A stretch of DNA of 42,434 nucleotides from contig CAZYEM010000004.1 of assembly GCA_964646395.1 (NCBI GenBank), positions 1 to 42,434 of the forward strand, given 5' to 3'. This DNA comes from an uncultured Bacteroides sp. (GTDB lineage: Bacteria; Bacteroidota; Bacteroidia; Bacteroidales; JACABE01). Both the position numbers and the translations under genes were made by a program. Under the pieces are notes generated by a model. The model had not been told where the DNA came from. It did no database searches and saw only the letters and a list, made by a program, of their open reading frames with translations. Of the stretch, positions 8,198 through 17,341 are shown in pieces (the first letter of the stretch is position 1; each line of letters begins with the position of its first letter).

Positions 8198-8959
8198 ATG
8201 GATATTCAATTAAAAAACAAATTTTTAGAAAAATGGGAGAAATATTTTGGAAACTCTCCATTACCAATAACCTTTTTCTATTCTGAAAAAGATTTTGCTG
8301 ATGTAACAAAAGTAATTCCAAGGAAAGGATGGAGTTGTATTGTAGCAGAATTAGCAAAAGTTAGAAATGGTGAATCATTAAATTTTAATGCTGAAGCAAT
8401 ACTTTGTGGCGGAGGCAAACGTTATCTTGGTTTCTCAAAAGGAATGCGTCCTAATTTTGAATTTTTCCTTTCGTGTGGAATTCCTGATATAATGGAAGGT
8501 GAACGCTATAAGCAAACACCAGAAATTGTGCTTGAAACTCAAAAACATCTATATACTCCTGATGCTGAAGGCAAAAATATAGTTTTTAAACGTTGGGATA
8601 AGCTCACAGAAAATGATAATCCTGAGGTTGTTATTTTCTTTGCAAAACCTGATGTTTTATCAGGATTATTTACTCTAGCCAATTTCGACACAGTGGAACC
8701 AAATTCAGTAATTACACCATTTTCTTCAGGTTGCGGATCTATAGTACATTACCCATATTTGGAAATTGAGAAATCAAAGCCAAAAGCTGTTATCGGAATG
8801 TTTGATGTATCAGCACGTCCATTTGTACAAAAAGACACTTTCACATTTGCATTACCAATGAAACGATTTGAACAGTTAATTGAATATATGGATGAAAGTT
8901 TTTTAATCACTCATTCCTGGGGAATTGTAAAAAAAAGAATAGATAATGAGTATCCTTAA
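8198..8959 (+). CDS. DUF169-family protein
   Basis: spaced Cys pattern (WSCI, LCGGG..YLGF, FLSCG, SSGCGSI), PEVVIFF, GMFDVSARP. Confidence 0.75.
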   Translation: MDIQLKNKFLEKWEKYFGNSPLPITFFYSEKDFADVTKVIPRKGWSCIVAELAKVRNGESLNFNAEAILCGGGKRYLGFSKGMRPNFEFFLSCGIPDIMEGERYKQTPEIVLETQKHLYTPDAEGKNIVFKRWDKLTENDNPEVVIFFAKPDVLSGLFTLANFDTVEPNSVITPFSSGCGSIVHYPYLEIEKSKPKAVIGMFDVSARPFVQKDTFTFALPMKRFEQLIEYMDESFLITHSWGIVKKRIDNEYP

Positions 8960-9282
8960 TCAATAATTCTAAATTCATCTGTACCTTCCAGCCTTTCCAA
9001 TTCTGTTCCAAACGAACTTTTTAAATATGGAATAATGGCAGGATCAAAATCAGCAATTGTTTCAATTTCATATACTTTACTATTGGAATCATTATCAACA
9101 TATTCCTGATCTTCAGACCCTGCAAGAAATCTCCAGCCACTATCGTTTTCTGAATCTTCTTCAAGTTCTTCCCTATACATATAACCTACTTTTTTTCCTT
9201 CCATGGTTATCATATTTGAAACCAGACAAAAACCCATAGATTCATTTTTTTCTTGTAGAACTGATTTTTTATTGTTTTTCAT
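8956..9282 (-). CDS. DUF2185 / Imm33-like protein
   Basis: VGYMYRE...DSGWRFLAG.EDQEY...IA.FDPAIIPYL signature. Confidence 0.82.
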   Translation of the reverse strand: MKNNKKSVLQEKNESMGFCLVSNMITMEGKKVGYMYREELEEDSENDSGWRFLAGSEDQEYVDNDSNSKVYEIETIADFDPAIIPYLKSSFGTELERLEGTDEFRIID

Positions 9283-9326
9283 TATTTTGTTTATTTTGAT
9301 TTATTTAAATTACTAACGATATTACA

Positions 9327-11198
9327 TTATACTTTCTTTCGTTGCTGTTTTAATATTCGTTTAATATAATTAGTTGGTATTGTGGTGCTTGGAATGTTAA
9401 AATCAAACCAATCCTGCAAATGAAATTCAAACCCATTATCATGGATATAGTTATAAAGAGCTGTATTTAAACCTGCTTCAAATTGCTCATGTTTACATCC
9501 AATTTTATCAATATGATAACATCCGTTTTGAGCAAATGAATTGATTGGAAATGGATTTTTTATTACATTAAAATCTTCAGGAAATAAGCCAATAGGACTG
9601 TGAATTGTCATGGTAAAACGATGCCAGAAAGCACTTTTAATGAGACGGTTTGCAAATAGTTGTCTTACAATTTCCAATGAATCTATTGTTTCCTGAGCCG
9701 ATTCCGTGGGAAAACCATACATTAAATAAGCATGAATCATAATTCCTGTTTTTTTAAAACAATGAGTAACTAAAGCCACTTGCTCAATGGAAACTCCTTT
9801 GTTCATCATTTTCAACAAACGATCCGAAGCAACTTCCAAACCACCGGAAACAGCTATACAACCGGATCTGGCCATAAGTTGACATAATTCATCATTAAAT
9901 GAATTTTCAAAACGTATATTAGTCCACCAGGTTATACTTATCTTTCTTTTAATTATTTCATTAGCAAGCTTTTTTAACAAAGCTGGAGGTGCTGCTTCAT
10001 CTACAAAATGAAAACCTCTATGCCCGGTTTGTTTTATAATTGCTTCTATCCTATCACATATTATTTCTGCATCAGCAGCATCAAAACGTTTTATATAATC
10101 GAGTGAAGTATCACAAAATGAACATTTATGCCAATAGCAACCATGAGCAAGAGCCATTTTATTCCATCTGCCATTACTCCATAAGTTGTGCATGGGATTT
10201 GTTGTTTCTGTTACTGATATATAATCATTTAAAGGCAGACCTTCAAAATCAGGAGTTCCAATATCATTAAATAAAAAATCATTTTCAGCAGAAATATTTT
10301 TAAATACAACTTCATTATTTTCTAAAAGAAAAGTACGTTTCAATGGTTTCTCTCCTTCTAAAAGATATTTGAGTAATTTCAACAATGGTAGTTCGCCATC
10401 ATCCAAACAAACAAAATCAACTAAATTGAATAATTTTACTTCTGTAAGATTACGTAATTCAGTATTTATATAACCACCTCCCAAAATGATTTTAATTTCC
10501 GGATAATTAATTTTAATATATTCCGCCGATTTTAAAGCCATTAGTAAATTTCCAGGAAAAGGAATGGTAAAAGCCACTATTTTTGGTTGATGTTGCTGTA
10601 AGTTAGCTTCCAATAAACTCAACATCATTTTCGTTATAGGCGTTTCTATCTTCAATTCATTTGTAATGTCTTCAAAATTAGTGGCAGTTAAACATATTTG
10701 TTCAGCATAGCGACTAAATCCAAACCGATTATCTATACATTCTGTCACAAAATCAGCGATATCTTCCAGAAAAAGGGTAGCTAAAAAACGAGCTTTATCG
10801 ACATTTCCATCCACTCCAAAATGCCATTCCAAATCTTGTTGAATATTAAATCTGGAAGCTTTTGGTAATAAATTATTATTAATAGCATAAGCAAACGTTA
10901 GATCTTTGCCTTGCAAAAAAGACATAACAGAATCAATATGTATAATATATGAATCACTTTGATTAATAATTATATTTGAATTGGCAGAAAATTCTTTTTT
11001 ATTATTTTTTGCAAAATCAAAAAGCAAATGAAGTCCATCAGCTGAAAACATTCGCAATATACAAGCAATGCTCAAATCGAACTGGGCAATTTTAAAACCT
11101 TTGTTTTGCAAAAAACCTTTTAAACATGCAGTAGCAGGATATGCAGTGTTAATCTGAATAAATGGTGGCGTTATTAACAGTAAATCTTTTTGAATCAA
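9327..11198 (-). CDS. B12-binding-domain radical SAM protein (TTG start)
   Basis: CYWHKCSFC (CxxxCxxC), LITPPF..NTAYPAT N-terminus, FVDEAAPP, GGLE, HAYLMYGFP. Confidence 0.9.
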   Translation of the reverse strand: MIQKDLLLITPPFIQINTAYPATACLKGFLQNKGFKIAQFDLSIACILRMFSADGLHLLFDFAKNNKKEFSANSNIIINQSDSYIIHIDSVMSFLQGKDLTFAYAINNNLLPKASRFNIQQDLEWHFGVDGNVDKARFLATLFLEDIADFVTECIDNRFGFSRYAEQICLTATNFEDITNELKIETPITKMMLSLLEANLQQHQPKIVAFTIPFPGNLLMALKSAEYIKINYPEIKIILGGGYINTELRNLTEVKLFNLVDFVCLDDGELPLLKLLKYLLEGEKPLKRTFLLENNEVVFKNISAENDFLFNDIGTPDFEGLPLNDYISVTETTNPMHNLWSNGRWNKMALAHGCYWHKCSFCDTSLDYIKRFDAADAEIICDRIEAIIKQTGHRGFHFVDEAAPPALLKKLANEIIKRKISITWWTNIRFENSFNDELCQLMARSGCIAVSGGLEVASDRLLKMMNKGVSIEQVALVTHCFKKTGIMIHAYLMYGFPTESAQETIDSLEIVRQLFANRLIKSAFWHRFTMTIHSPIGLFPEDFNVIKNPFPINSFAQNGCYHIDKIGCKHEQFEAGLNTALYNYIHDNGFEFHLQDWFDFNIPSTTIPTNYIKRILKQQRKKV

Positions 11199-11220
11199 AT
11201 TTAATATGTATTATTTGATA

Positions 11221-11228
11221 CAAAATTA
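11221..11228 (-). promoter_or_regulatory. sigma-A -7 box for the radical SAM-DUF2185 pair
   Basis: TAATTTTG on the minus strand, 22 nt upstream of the TTG. Confidence 0.55.
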
Positions 11229-11547
11229 AATAAAAGAATTGAATTTAGAAATGAATAGCAATCAATATTCGCATTTTTCACTTTTATAACTGATTTCCTT
11301 ATCAAAAGAACAATTTTTAAACAATAACACTAGAAAAAAAATAATAAAAAGAATGTCTTTCAATCAATGCAGTATTACTGTACAATAGCTTCAATTGGAT
11401 TTATATTTAAATTAAGTTATGTGACATTTAATCAACTATATAAGCTTTATATAAATAAATCTCAATTTAAAAAGGATGAATTCTTTGTAATAAGATTGAA
11501 ATTTGAAAGATTAAGCTCATGCATTCTTTAGGGAACTTAATAATACT

Positions 11548-11580
11548 AAAAACCTGCAAGTAATATTAATTACTTGCAGG
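11548..11580 (-). terminator. intrinsic terminator of ahpC
   Basis: perfect 12-bp stem CCTGCAAGTAAT/ATTACTTGCAGG with a U5 tail on the minus strand. Confidence 0.88.
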
Positions 11581-11602
11581 AAAACCAAATTTAATTATGA
11601 AA
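11581..11602 (-). other. 3'UTR motif copy 2 (UUUCAUAAUUAAAUUUGGUUUU), candidate sRNA seed
   Basis: differs from 3127-3147 by one substitution and one indel; abuts the terminator. Confidence 0.45.
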
Positions 11603-11666
11603 ATCACACTTAAACTAAATCAATTGTCGCAACTGACTTAATTTTATCTTTATTCAACTAAATGAA

Positions 11667-12296
11667 TTATTTCTTTGATAGATAATCAGCTACTCCTTCT
11701 GCAGTTGCTATCATCGCTTTTTCACCTTTATGCCAGTTTGCAGGACATACCTCGCCATTTTCTTCAAAATATTGTAATGCATCAACCATACGTATGGCTT
11801 CATCAATACTTCTTCCTAATGGCAAATTATTAACTAATTGATGCTGAACAACACCTTCTTTATCAATCAGAAACAAACCTCTGTATGCAACAGGTGCACC
11901 AACAAATACACTTTCTCCTTCGTCGTTATAATCAAATTCACCTGCTAAAACGTCGTAATTCTGAGAAATAGTTTTACTTAAATCTGAAACCAATGGGAAT
12001 TTAACACCTTTTATTCCACCATTTTTTAATTCAGTATTTAACCATGACCAATGAGAAAATTTTGAGTCGATTGAACAACCAACTACTGCAACATTACGTT
12101 TTTCAAAATCAGCTAATTTTTCCTGAAATGCTAAAATTTCAGTTGGGCATACAAATGTAAAATCAAGTGGATAGAAGAAAAATACGACATGTTTTTTTCC
12201 AATATATTGTTCTAATGAGAATTTTTCGATAAATTCACCACCATTTATAACTGCATCTGCTTCAAAAAAAGGAGCTTTTTTTCCAACTAATACCAT
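11667..12296 (-). CDS. ahpC: 2-Cys peroxiredoxin (AhpC/Prx1)
   Basis: FYPLDFTFVCPTE and GEVCPANW motifs. Confidence 0.95.
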   Translation of the reverse strand: MVLVGKKAPFFEADAVINGGEFIEKFSLEQYIGKKHVVFFFYPLDFTFVCPTEILAFQEKLADFEKRNVAVVGCSIDSKFSHWSWLNTELKNGGIKGVKFPLVSDLSKTISQNYDVLAGEFDYNDEGESVFVGAPVAYRGLFLIDKEGVVQHQLVNNLPLGRSIDEAIRMVDALQYFEENGEVCPANWHKGEKAMIATAEGVADYLSKK

Positions 12297-12423
12297 TGTA
12301 TATTTTTTTAAGATTAAATATTGTTATTAAAATTTTATTTTAGTAATTAACATAGAAATTAAAAAAAAGTTCAAGAAATATAAAAATCATTTTTTTCTTT
12401 AAGCAATTTAATTTCACTTAAAT

Positions 12424-12551
12424 TTTTAAATTAGCAAGTATTTTTATTATTGCTTAATTAATAAATAGTTGCAAACTTTTGTCATTTTTTGATTATTTCA
12501 TAATAATTCGTGTAATTCTTGGACAATAAATATAAATCTGCATATTTAAGG
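12424..12551 (+). mobile_element. MITE-like dispersed repeat, copy A (~128 bp)
   Basis: aligns with 27734-27858 and, inverted, with 16083-16335; right end TGCATATTTAAGG is complementary (12/13) to the left end of copy C. Confidence 0.65.
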
Positions 12552-12666
12552 CATATTTATATTAATTGTCAAAACATTCACAAAAAGAATAACTTAATTA
12601 AAAATTAAGCTAAGTTCTATTACATTCAACCTATTAACAAACCTAATGAAAATAAATGAAATAATA

Positions 12667-12698
12667 TTTGGTATTCTTAATATATTGATATATCTTTG
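12667..12698 (+). promoter_or_regulatory. consensus Bacteroidota sigma-A promoter for the tRNA
   Basis: TTTG-N20-TATCTTTG. Confidence 0.8.
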
Positions 12699-12745
12699 CA
12701 CTCGCAAATTTAAAAGAGCAGATTGTTCATAAACTAAAGATATAT

Positions 12746-12817
<72 letters not shown>

Positions 12818-12819
12818 CT

Positions 12820-12847
12820 AAGGTCAGCCAAAAGCTGACCTTTTTTT
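12820..12847 (+). terminator. intrinsic terminator after the tRNA
   Basis: AGGTCAGC-CAAAA-GCTGACCT followed by a T run. Confidence 0.85.
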
Positions 12848-12868
12848 GTATTTAATTCTTTTTATAAA

Positions 12869-13747
12869 ATGTCGCATAAATCAGGTTTTGTAAACATATT
12901 AGGAAATCCTAATGCAGGAAAATCAACACTAATGAATGCCTTTGTTGGTGAAAAACTTTCAATTATTACTGCAAAAGCCCAAACTACCCGCCATAGAATA
13001 ATGGGTATAGCTAACGGTGAAGATTATCAGATTGTTTATTCCGACACTCCAGGTATTGTTAATCCTCATTATAAACTACACGAATCGATGATGGGATTTG
13101 TACATTCAGCACTAAAAGATGCCGACATTTTCTTATTGGTAACAGATATTGGTGAAGATTTCAAAAATCAGGAAATACTTGATAAAGTTAAAGAATCCTG
13201 TATTCCTACAATAATTATTATTAATAAAATTGATTTATCAGATCAGGAAACAGTTGAACTTAAAATAAAATTCTGGAAAGATAAATTTGAAAATGCAGAA
13301 ATTATTCCTGTATCAGCTTTACTTAAATTTAATATTGAAAAAGTAATAAGCAGCATATTAGAGCGTTTACCAGATTCTCCACCCTATTTCCCCAAAGATG
13401 AATTGTCAGATAAAACAATGCGTTTTTTTGCATCAGAAATAATTCGTGAAAAAATATTTGAGAATTATCAGAAAGAAATCCCTTATGCTTGCGAAGTAAT
13501 TGTAGATTCTTATAAGGAAGAAGCCAATATCGATAAAATATCTGCAACAATTTTTGTTGAAAGAGATTCACAAAAAGGAATTGTAATTGGGCACAAAGGT
13601 GGAGCGCTGAAAAAAGTAGGAACGGAAGCCCGATTGGATTTAGAAGAATTTGTACAGAAAAAAGTTTTTCTCGAACTTCATGTTAAAGTGAATAAAGACT
13701 GGAGAAATAATGATACTTTCCTTAAAAGATTTGGATACGAAATATAA
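12869..13747 (+). CDS. era: GTPase Era
   Basis: HKSGFVNILGNPNAGKSTL, QTTRH, DTPG, NKID, KH domain with SQKGIVIG. Confidence 0.97.
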   Translation: MSHKSGFVNILGNPNAGKSTLMNAFVGEKLSIITAKAQTTRHRIMGIANGEDYQIVYSDTPGIVNPHYKLHESMMGFVHSALKDADIFLLVTDIGEDFKNQEILDKVKESCIPTIIIINKIDLSDQETVELKIKFWKDKFENAEIIPVSALLKFNIEKVISSILERLPDSPPYFPKDELSDKTMRFFASEIIREKIFENYQKEIPYACEVIVDSYKEEANIDKISATIFVERDSQKGIVIGHKGGALKKVGTEARLDLEEFVQKKVFLELHVKVNKDWRNNDTFLKRFGYEI

Positions 13748-13839
13748 TTTTAAAATCATTAAATTAAAATTTTGATAATTCAATTTATACTTTAATTATA
13801 TAAAAGAACTGAAGTATATTATGCTCTTAAAAAAAATTG

Positions 13840-13847
13840 TAATTTTG
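13840..13847 (+). promoter_or_regulatory. sigma-A -7 box for der
   Basis: TAATTTTG 24 nt upstream of the ATG. Confidence 0.55.
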
Positions 13848-13871
13848 CAAAAACAGAAATAAATAACCGGG

Positions 13872-15179
13872 ATGGGAAATATTTTAGCTTTAGTTGGTCG
13901 TCCAAATGTAGGAAAATCAACATTTTTTAATCGTCTGACTGAAACAAGAGATGCCATTGTTGATCCAACTAGCGGTGTAACCCGCGACAGACATTATGGA
14001 AAATCGAACTGGAACGGCAAAGAATTTTCTGTTATTGATACAGGTGGTTACATTCAGAATAGCGATGATATTTTTGAAGAAGAAATTCGAAAACAAGTTG
14101 TCCTTGCAATAGATGAATCGGATGTGATTTGTTTTCTCGTCGATGTTAAAGAAGGCTTAACACCTTTGGATGAGGATGTTGCTGATTTATTACGAAGATG
14201 TAACAAAAAAGTTTTTTTAGTTGCCAACAAAGTTGATAATAACGCCAGAATTGCTGATGTAAATGATTTCTACTCTTTAGGCTTGGGCGAAATATATTGC
14301 ATTTCATCTATTAATGGAATGGGAACGGGTGATTTGTTGGACGATGTTGTTGCCGAATTCTCTGTTATTGTAACAGATGATAACGCTCCCGAATTACCCA
14401 AAATCTCTATCATCGGACGACCTAATGTTGGTAAATCTTCTATTATTAATGCCTTTATTGGAGTAGAAAGGAATATTGTTACTCCTATCGCAGGAACTAC
14501 GCGAGATTCCGTTTATACACGATATAATAGCTTTGGATTCGATTTTTTACTGGTTGATACTGCAGGATTACGTAAGAAAAGCAAGGTTTATGAAAACATT
14601 GAGTTTTATTCGGTAATGCGATCAATCAGAACCATTGAAAGTAGTGATGTTTGTGTATTGATGATTGATGCTACAATGGGAATGGAAGCTCAGGATCTGA
14701 ATATTTTCAGTTTGACTGAGAAAAACAAAAAAGGTGTTGTTATTGTTGTAAATAAATGGGACTTAGTTGAAAAAGAAACCAATACACATAAGGAGTTTGA
14801 AGAACATATACGTGAAAGAATTGCTCCTTTTAGAGATGTTCCTATTATTTTCACTTCAGTACCTAACAAACAAAGGATTTTTAAAGTATTGGAAACAGCT
14901 ACTCAGGTATATAAAAACCGTGGCAAACGCATCACAACTTCACAGTTAAATGAAATTTTCCTACCATTATTAACTGAAAATCCACCACCTGCACATAAAG
15001 GTAAATACATTAAAATCAAATATATTACACAATTGCCAACCGCTTACCCTACATTTGTATTTTTCTGTAACTTACCACAGTATGTTCGTGATCCTTACAA
15101 ACGTTTTGTTGAAAACAAGATGCGTGAATTATTCGATTTTTCTGGTTCGCCAATTGTTTTGTATTTCCGTCAGAAATAA
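13872..15179 (+). CDS. der: ribosome biogenesis GTPase Der (EngA)
   Basis: two GRPNVGKS G-domains (DTGG/NKVD; DTAG/NKWD) plus a KH-like C-terminus. Confidence 0.98.
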   Translation: MGNILALVGRPNVGKSTFFNRLTETRDAIVDPTSGVTRDRHYGKSNWNGKEFSVIDTGGYIQNSDDIFEEEIRKQVVLAIDESDVICFLVDVKEGLTPLDEDVADLLRRCNKKVFLVANKVDNNARIADVNDFYSLGLGEIYCISSINGMGTGDLLDDVVAEFSVIVTDDNAPELPKISIIGRPNVGKSSIINAFIGVERNIVTPIAGTTRDSVYTRYNSFGFDFLLVDTAGLRKKSKVYENIEFYSVMRSIRTIESSDVCVLMIDATMGMEAQDLNIFSLTEKNKKGVVIVVNKWDLVEKETNTHKEFEEHIRERIAPFRDVPIIFTSVPNKQRIFKVLETATQVYKNRGKRITTSQLNEIFLPLLTENPPPAHKGKYIKIKYITQLPTAYPTFVFFCNLPQYVRDPYKRFVENKMRELFDFSGSPIVLYFRQK

Positions 15180-15187
15180 TTGTTTAG

Positions 15188-15559
15188 ATGGAAGTACGAA
15201 TCGACAAATGGCTTTGGTGTGTGCGGATTTATAAAACCCGTAATCAGGCTACAGAAGATTGCCGTGCAGGAAAAATAAAAATCAACGGCATTCCATCTAA
15301 AGCGTCTCATAACGTAAAGATTGGAGAAATTATTGAAGTTCAGATTGAGCAATTAAAAAGAATTTTATTAGTAAAGAATTTGCTCGACAAACGCTTGTCG
15401 ACTAAACTTGTCGTAGATTATATAGAAGACCAAACTCCAACAGAAGAAATTGAAAGACTTAAACTTGCACGTAAAACAAATTTCGAGAAACGCGACCGAG
15501 GTATTGGAAGACCTACAAAAAGAGAACGAAGGGATATTGAGAAATTTAAGTATGAATAA
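15188..15559 (+). CDS. hslR: S4-domain RNA-binding protein (Hsp15/HslR-like)
   Basis: VRIDKWLWCVRIYKTR and GRPTKRERR motifs. Confidence 0.88.
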   Translation: MEVRIDKWLWCVRIYKTRNQATEDCRAGKIKINGIPSKASHNVKIGEIIEVQIEQLKRILLVKNLLDKRLSTKLVVDYIEDQTPTEEIERLKLARKTNFEKRDRGIGRPTKRERRDIEKFKYE

Positions 15560-15607
15560 TTATTCAAAGCAAGGAGTAAATATTAACTATAATAAAAAAG
15601 TATTCCG

Positions 15608-16045
15608 ATGAAAAATCACAGTAGTTTATTGGTTTTTATAGCATTTATGCTTATCTCTATTTTTTCTTTTGGACAAAATCAGAAGTGCTTCTCAGAAATT
15701 AAATCATTGTTAAATGAACAGGAAAATTCCTGGAATCAAGGAGATATTCCTGCTTATATGTTTCATTACTGGAAATCAGACTCTATGATGTTTGTTGGCA
15801 AAAATGGTGTTACTTATGGCTGGAAAAAAACACTGGATAATTATCTGAAATCTTATCCAGATAAGGCTACAATGGGAAAGCTTACATTCGACCACCTTAA
15901 CTTTGAATTTATCAACAGAAAAAATGTTATTGTAATTGGTTGCTGGCATCTTAACAGGGAGAAAGGTGATATTGGAGGGTATTTTTCTCTAATTTGGAGA
16001 AAAATAAATGGGAAGTGGAAAATAATAATTGATCACACAAGTTAA
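15608..16045 (+). CDS. secreted NTF2-like / DUF4440 (YybH-like) protein
   Basis: signal peptide; WNQGDI..YM..YWKSDS, NY.KSYPD...MGKL.F, WKIIIDHTS. Confidence 0.82.
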   Translation: MKNHSSLLVFIAFMLISIFSFGQNQKCFSEIKSLLNEQENSWNQGDIPAYMFHYWKSDSMMFVGKNGVTYGWKKTLDNYLKSYPDKATMGKLTFDHLNFEFINRKNVIVIGCWHLNREKGDIGGYFSLIWRKINGKWKIIIDHTS

Positions 16046-16082
16046 CAAACTGATTATCTTCAATTATCATATTTTATAATTA

Positions 16083-16335
16083 TCTTAAAACCGCAGATTT
16101 ATTTTTGTTGTACTCAAATTACACAAATTCTAATAAAGAGAGGTTCTGAAAATTAGATTTTTTAGGTGAATAAGATTCTAAAAGCCACAGTCCCGATTCA
16201 TAGGGATGAGGTTAAAATTGATAGTTCAACGAAGAAAAAGCAATTTTTAGAATTCACGTAAAATAATCACAAGCAGACAAAAATTTGCAACGGTTTATTA
16301 ATAAATCACTGATAAAAATCATTTCAGATATTAGG
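16083..16335 (-). mobile_element. MITE-like dispersed repeat, copy B, interrupted by a ~125-bp insertion
   Basis: 16083-16130 and 16259-16335 match copies A and C in reverse orientation; ends TCTTAAAACCGCA...TTCAGATATTAGG. Confidence 0.62.
16134..16258. repeat. long imperfect hairpin element (tentatively Flavo-1-like) with a REP-like apical stem
   Basis: TTCTGAAAATT(16144-54) pairs with AATTTTTAGAA(16242-52); inner GGTGAAT/GTTCAAC; apex TCCC-GATTCATA-GGGA. Confidence 0.5.
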
Positions 16336-16405
16336 AAACACTATTACAAACTATTTTATAATCCTAATTTGACAGCAAAATAACAATAAAAACAATAAAA
16401 AAATG

Positions 16406-16413
16406 TAAATTTG
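16406..16413 (+). promoter_or_regulatory. sigma-A -7 box for the PASTA operon
   Basis: TAAATTTG upstream of 16502. Confidence 0.5.
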
Positions 16414-16501
16414 CAACGTAAGTAAAACAATAATTCAAACGAAAATGAGTTATAGTTTTTACATTAAATATCAACAGATAGTATAGGAATAAATCAATAC
16501 A

Positions 16502-17332
16502 ATGAGTTTAATAGATTTTCTGAAAAGCCGTACTTTTTTCAAACATTTGCTCTTAGCATTTGGCTTGGTATTAGCTACCATATTTTTAATAATATTATCA
16601 TTAAAATATTATACACATCATGGACAAGCATTTACAGTTCCGGATTTTACCGGAATGCAACCTGATGAATTGGGAGAATATGCAAAAGATAATGGTTTTG
16701 AGTTTGAGATTGTCGATTCTGTTTATGATGCTAAACGACCAAAAGGAAGCATTATTTCCCAGGATCCTTATCCCAATGCAAAAGTTAAACATAGCCGCAC
16801 TATATATTTAACCGTAGTTTCTGCTGAAGCAGAAAAAGTTAGCATGCCTAATCTTATTGATTTATCATTGCGTCAGACTACTTCTTTGCTCGAAACTTAT
16901 GGTCTGCAGGTTGGAACTCTGGAATATAAACCTGATATTGCAAAAAATGCTGTTCTCGAGCAGAAATACAAAGGAAATCAGATTGGAGTTGGAGAACTTA
17001 TAAAAAAAGGTTCACACATTGATTTGGTTTTAGGCAAAGGAACAGGTGGCGATTTAATGATATTGCCTTTTCTGTTGGGTAAAAAACAGAGTGAAGTAAT
17101 GAAAATACTCAGAGAATCATCGCTAAATATTGGAAGCGAGATATTTGAAGATGGAAAAGATACTGTTCATTCAAAAGTTTACCGTCAAACTCCAGCCTAT
17201 TATCCTGGGAAAACAGTAAATATGGGACAAACCATTGACATCTGGTATCGATCAGACAGGAAAGTAAACTTCAAGGAATTAATTAGAAATTACAAATACG
17301 ATTCAACAACTGAAGAATCATCTGAATTTTAA
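16502..17332 (+). CDS. membrane-anchored PASTA-domain protein
   Basis: N-terminal TM, YTHHG...VPDFTGM, three PASTA repeats (VPD/MPN/LPF starts). Confidence 0.9.
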   Translation: MSLIDFLKSRTFFKHLLLAFGLVLATIFLIILSLKYYTHHGQAFTVPDFTGMQPDELGEYAKDNGFEFEIVDSVYDAKRPKGSIISQDPYPNAKVKHSRTIYLTVVSAEAEKVSMPNLIDLSLRQTTSLLETYGLQVGTLEYKPDIAKNAVLEQKYKGNQIGVGELIKKGSHIDLVLGKGTGGDLMILPFLLGKKQSEVMKILRESSLNIGSEIFEDGKDTVHSKVYRQTPAYYPGKTVNMGQTIDIWYRSDRKVNFKELIRNYKYDSTTEESSEF

Positions 17333-17341
17333 AACATAAAT

